Shown here: positions 33,596 through 37,963 of the stretch, piece by piece | Layout: each line of letters begins with the position of its first letter | Numbering within the stretch: the first letter of the stretch is position 1 | Assembly (NCBI GenBank): GCA_051294375.1 | Contig: JBJCIZ010001667.1 | Location: forward strand, 1-37,963 | Length of the DNA: 37,963 nucleotides | Origin: Paraspadella gotoi | Taxonomy: Eukaryota > Animalia > Chaetognatha | Direction of reading: 5' to 3' | Program-made: the position numbers and the translations under genes | The notes under the pieces: generated by a model | Database searches by the model: none | Told to the model about the DNA's origin: nothing | Seen by the model: only the letters and a program-made list of their open reading frames with translations

Positions 33596-35332
33596 GTCAA
33601 AAAATTTGTTGCCACATTAAAACTTTTTCCTAAATGCTAAAACAACGAAATCGAAAGTCTATACATAATAATTTTTTAAAAAAATATAAGTATTTGCAAG
33701 TTTTTCAAAAGCCGCCCAAACCGCGGGTGGCAAAAGTAAAATTTAGGCCGCGTTTATAATGAAAATGAATTTTTTATAAAACGTTAAACAATGGTAAAAG
33801 CGCGATTAGGAATAGGAAATATTCGAGTTGTGAAAGAAAAAGATAGGACGTGTTAGGACCGCCGGTCCGTCCTCCTAAAACGACCCAAACGATAAATCCT
33901 TGTGACGAAGTAAAGTTCTAACTCAGATATCACGATTCGCGAGTCTTTGGATCTAAATGACGAAAAACGATAGGGTAACAAAATTAAAAATTAAAAATAA
34001 AATAAAAATAGTCTACCAGTCATGATTCAATGTTGACAATTCGCCATGTTGTTTTTAAATGCGCAATTGGTCCACTCTCTTTAGTCCTTTGTTGCTTCGA
34101 CAAACAAAAGAACATGTACTGAAAAGCCATGGCTCGCGACCAGAAACGCTCGTAACAAATAAAGATCTACATCGCATTTTAGAGATATAATATAATATAT
34201 AATAAGTAATATAATTTAATAATATATTTATAATATAATATAAATTTATAATATAATTTATAATATAATATAAATATATATAAATTAATTATAATTAATA
34301 CAATTTAAAATTAATTAATTTTAAAATTTCAGCGGGAAAGATGTTGCATAATAAACGAGGCACAAAAATCCTCTTTTGCAAACTGCGGTTGCTCGCGCAA
34401 GGCCATGGCTTTCGGATTTTGATTCGCGTAGAGCAATTATGCGCGTTTGGGTCCAATATAGAATGTTAATCGAAGCAAAAGCCTTTGATTTTCTTCGGAT
34501 TTATTTTAACGTTTAGAATATTAGCCTCGCGCTCCACCTAAAAATGAAAATAGAGACACTGTACTTTCTAACCATGTATTCAAAATGGACATTCATCGTG
34601 GGCATGACGTTGGGAAATTGAGCTAAAAAAGGAGTTCATTTGATTACCAAAACAAGCAATCAAGCTTGGAATTTTTTTACCTTTTTTTAGATCAATGGAG
34701 AGAGAAACCATGGGCTTTTCATTATAAAGTCAAAATGAAGTACGGTTCTTTATTATTGAAGAACGAGCTGGTCTACGGAGAGTAAGTTACGAATGGGTCA
34801 AACCAGTCAACTTCAAATGCTATTTAATACATGAAAAAATGAAAATTCCGCTCGCGCTCCACCTCGATGCCCTTCCCAAGACCCTACACTTTCCGAATCT
34901 ACCCATATTATTACTATTTTATAAAGGTTTGACCATGGCATTTTATATAGAATCGATTTCTAGCGAAAACTTGATCCACCCGTCGACCGAAACGACTTTC
35001 ATCTCCACTTAATCCTTGAGATCTAAAAATGGAATGCACTTAATTCTCTGCCTCCTTCCCGTCTCTCTTCCTTTGTTTTATTCTACTTAGACAAAATATT
35101 TACAAAATAGGCACCGAGCTCTGTGAATCTACAAAATATTAAACTTTGGAACTGAGATAATTAGGCGAGAGCAAAGATTATGAAAGAAAGTTAATTACTA
35201 AATTGGAGGCTAAATAAAATATAAATAACACTGTAAATCAGATGTTTATCATTAATGTCAGAGAGACCTTTTCTGGTTCCTTCTATTGCTTTCCAATATC
35301 TTGTCGGTGCGAGGGCGTTCCCCATCTACAGG

Positions 35333-35845
35333 TTTAGGGTTAGGGTAGTTTAGGGTTAGGATTGAGTAGTTTAGGGTTAGGGTTGATTTAAGTTCATTTT
35401 GGGGTTAATGTTAATGTCAATATAGGGGTAGGGGTTGATGTTGATGAACAGGAGGCCCGCGTTAGGGTTAGGGTTGGGGAAGGTACTGGGGAGGGACATT
35501 AGGGATTAGGGTTTAGGCAAGGAAATGTACAGGAGGCCCGGGCCTGGGTTAGGGTTTGGGGATAGGTACGGAGTTGAATGGGAGGTCCGGGTTAGGGTTA
35601 GGGGAGGGGCCCGTGGTTGACGCATCGAAGGCGGTTAGGGTCAGGGTTAAGGCACGGAGATGTACGGGAGGCCTGGGCCTGGGTTAAGGTTAGCGGAGAG
35701 GCACAGAGATGAAGGCGGTTAAAGTTAGGGTTAAACGGGAGTTGAACAGGAGGCACGGGTAAGGGTTTGGGAGGGGCCTGTGGTTGACGTGTCAAAGGCA
35801 GTTAGGGTTAGGGTTGAACGGGAGGTCCGGGTTAGAGTTAGGAGG
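35333..35845 (+). repeat. G-rich array of short TTAGGG tracts separated by spacers (copy 2, cleaner)
   Basis: (GGGTTA)2-like tracts with spacers; ~80-bp higher-order unit at ~35570 and ~35738. Confidence 0.78.
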
Positions 35846-35956
35846 AGCCCATGGGTGATGCAAAGATATGCTAAAAAAATGGATCTGGCATTGTTTGCTC
35901 AAACTTGTTTATTTTGGCTCCAGCTCCGGCTCTGGCCAGCTATAGATTTTGGCTCC

Positions 35957-37860
35957 ACCAAAACCCCCCCTGAAGACTTAAGGCGAGAAACCAGCGATTA
36001 TCCCTCGATCCACGAGACTCAAGGCGACTTCCGGTTCCGGCCTTTGCCCAGCACTTCGTCCTATCAAGGCGTCGACTCTAGAGGAGCTAAAGACAACATC
36101 CCCCCGCCCCCAAAAATGGCGTCCACCCCACCAATCCGCCTGACTCGGCCAGCATCCGCCTCTTCCCCTACCTCTCCACAAACTCCACGCCCACACCAAG
36201 ATGATGGCGACGCCCACCTGTGACATTCAAGACCCAAGTGGACGTCTCCGACCAAGAGAGGGGCACAAGATAGAGGCTCACCCTACCGCCAGAACCTCTC
36301 TCTCCCCTCTCAACGCCTCCTCCTCCCCTCGTCGTCCCCTCCTCTTCTTCCCCGGAGTCACGGATAGAGTCTTGGAGGTCGGACTCACTCTCTCAACTTC
36401 TCCTTTCGGTCTCGAGGTCTGAAAACCTCCCCTCTCCCTTCTCTCCCTTTTATGTACCCTTGATACCCTTTGTTATATCTGTTTTCCTATTACCATTACA
36501 TACTTACCCTACTTACCTCTTTTCCCTGATGAGAGACTAGTTAGAACCTACCTTTAGCTAGATACCCATCTTCCCAGGCATCTAAACAGGGCCACATCAA
36601 GTCCTTCAAAAAGACTCAAACCACTAAGTCATCAACATCAATGGGCAGAGAGCAAAATACCACAAAAGGCGATTAAAGATACATCCTACGCCCAACGACG
36701 AAATAATGCAGTAAAAGATAAAAAAAAATACATAAACTATTCTCTAAATTAAGACGTAAACAGCCGTAGTGAACAAAAAAAAAGAAAAAACGCCTAGGAT
36801 ACTCGAAATCAACTCATAACTAAAGCTTAATCCAATCTATTTCGAAATAACTAATAAATCAATAAACAAACTAAATAAATTATTAACACGCTTGAAACAA
36901 AAATAAATCGATAATTAGACTACTCAAGTTTTCTCTTATCACTTAAAGATAAAACGCCGAAACAAATTCAGTTTCAAAAAGAAAAAAAGAAACAACGCGA
37001 GATGAAAACAAAAGAATCGCGGCATAAACCAAATCAGCCGCCAGACTCAAAACAAAAAGAAACAACGCCGAACGAAAACAAAAGAATTGAAAAAGCCAAT
37101 AGCCAAAAGCCAAAAACAACAAGATTGTTCACCAGCCAATCACGAAGTAAAACAAATTCACCGCTGATCATACCAAGGAAGATAAAATCCCCGCTGAGAG
37201 AAGAAAAATTTCAAACGACGAGATCGACAGATTGTTTTTTCGTAGCTCCAAACCTCACTCTCGAGATAAATTCAAAAAGATTGTCACAGACTTACAAAGA
37301 TTCGCGAGTAGAGGCAAATGAGCACGAAAAATCCAGCAAGCCTCACTCCACCTTACGTGGTGGGTAAGGCCAGAAGAAAATCATCGGAAATAAAGCAAAT
37401 ACTGATGCCAACTTTCATAACTTGTCTCGCCAGACCCACCTCAGGGATCCGCAAACTAGTACAAGTTTACAATTGCAACTGGATCAAAGATCATGATTCC
37501 ACCTTACTGGACCTGCAGCATTGCAACACAGCCAAGCCTGTCGCTTCGTCAATCCAAAAGGGCAAACTAATCTCCTCGCGGAAATATCACAACGAGGGAA
37601 AAAGTTGTGATATCATCATCTTGGTCATCTTCTTGATGATAATCCTTACCACAGTCCTTTGTTGCCAAAGACGTCGCCCAAGCTAGTCTCAACTGGAGTC
37701 GGACAGACAGATTTTCAGACCTCGCACAGTCAACTGACCCTGCCCGCGCTCTTAGGAGAAGGGGGACTTTTCCTCAATAAACATTATCGTTGCGATATAT
37801 GTCTTCTTCTTCAGATAGCGATGAGGGTTAGCATGGCGTCAACGAAAACAAAAACAGTAT
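35957..37860 (+). mobile_element. Unidentified sequence present only after copy 2; possibly the 5' part of a Penelope-like retroelement
   Basis: GC-rich block, pyrimidine tract, CCCTGATGAGAGAC at ~36524, then A-rich coding-like + strand sequence with Lys-rich segments. No RT motif seen. Confidence 0.25.
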
Positions 37861-37963
37861 AAATCCTTTTAAACGCAAGTCGAAAATTTTTAATACACAT
37901 TTCTTTTTTTTGTTTCACCTTAATCTTTTTTTTCTTTTTTTTTAAATTTTTTGATTTTTTGTT

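Larger units (their letters stand above)
32849..35956 (+). repeat. ~3.1-kb segment, copy 2 (begins exactly at the 100-N gap)
   Basis: Colinear with 26258-29402. Confidence 0.95.

Noticed and set aside
36524-36550. Intact hammerhead at CCCTGATGAGAGACTAGTTAGAACC
   Set aside because: No complete stem II or GAAA; at best a decayed remnant. CTGATGAAGA at ~2525 and ~24139 also lack the rest of the core.

Overview
Repeat-dense eukaryotic (animal-like) DNA; no host gene recognised. Three N gaps (20183-20207, 24344-24353, 32749-32848) and long indel-rich stretches that look like unpolished long-read sequence. Main content: (1) a minus-strand Ty3/Gypsy LTR retrotransposon of the CsRn1/Kabuki type in two halves (2829-7262, 20208-22896), with ~850-bp LTRs, tRNA-Trp-type PBS, PPT, CX2HX9CX3C Gag and a -1 frameshift signal; (2) between the halves, and almost invisible in the ORF track because of frameshifts, a Maverick/Polinton (adintovirus-like) endogenous virus: pPolB(-), then ATPase, two conserved small ORFs, integrase, minor capsid, core-like protein, major capsid, adenain-like protease and accessory ORFs (+), with the 5' halves of pPolB and ATPase both missing at one junction near 11281; (3) a right-hand patchwork with Penelope-type minimal hammerhead ribozymes in an inverted cassette, TTAGGG-punctuated arrays, MITE-like foldbacks, a tRNA-derived SINE, an older related LTR with PBS and gag start, and a ~3.1-kb near-identical duplication starting at a gap. 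Protein calls in frameshifted regions were read by eye across indels and compared with remembered family motifs; no searches were run, and their coordinates are approximate.
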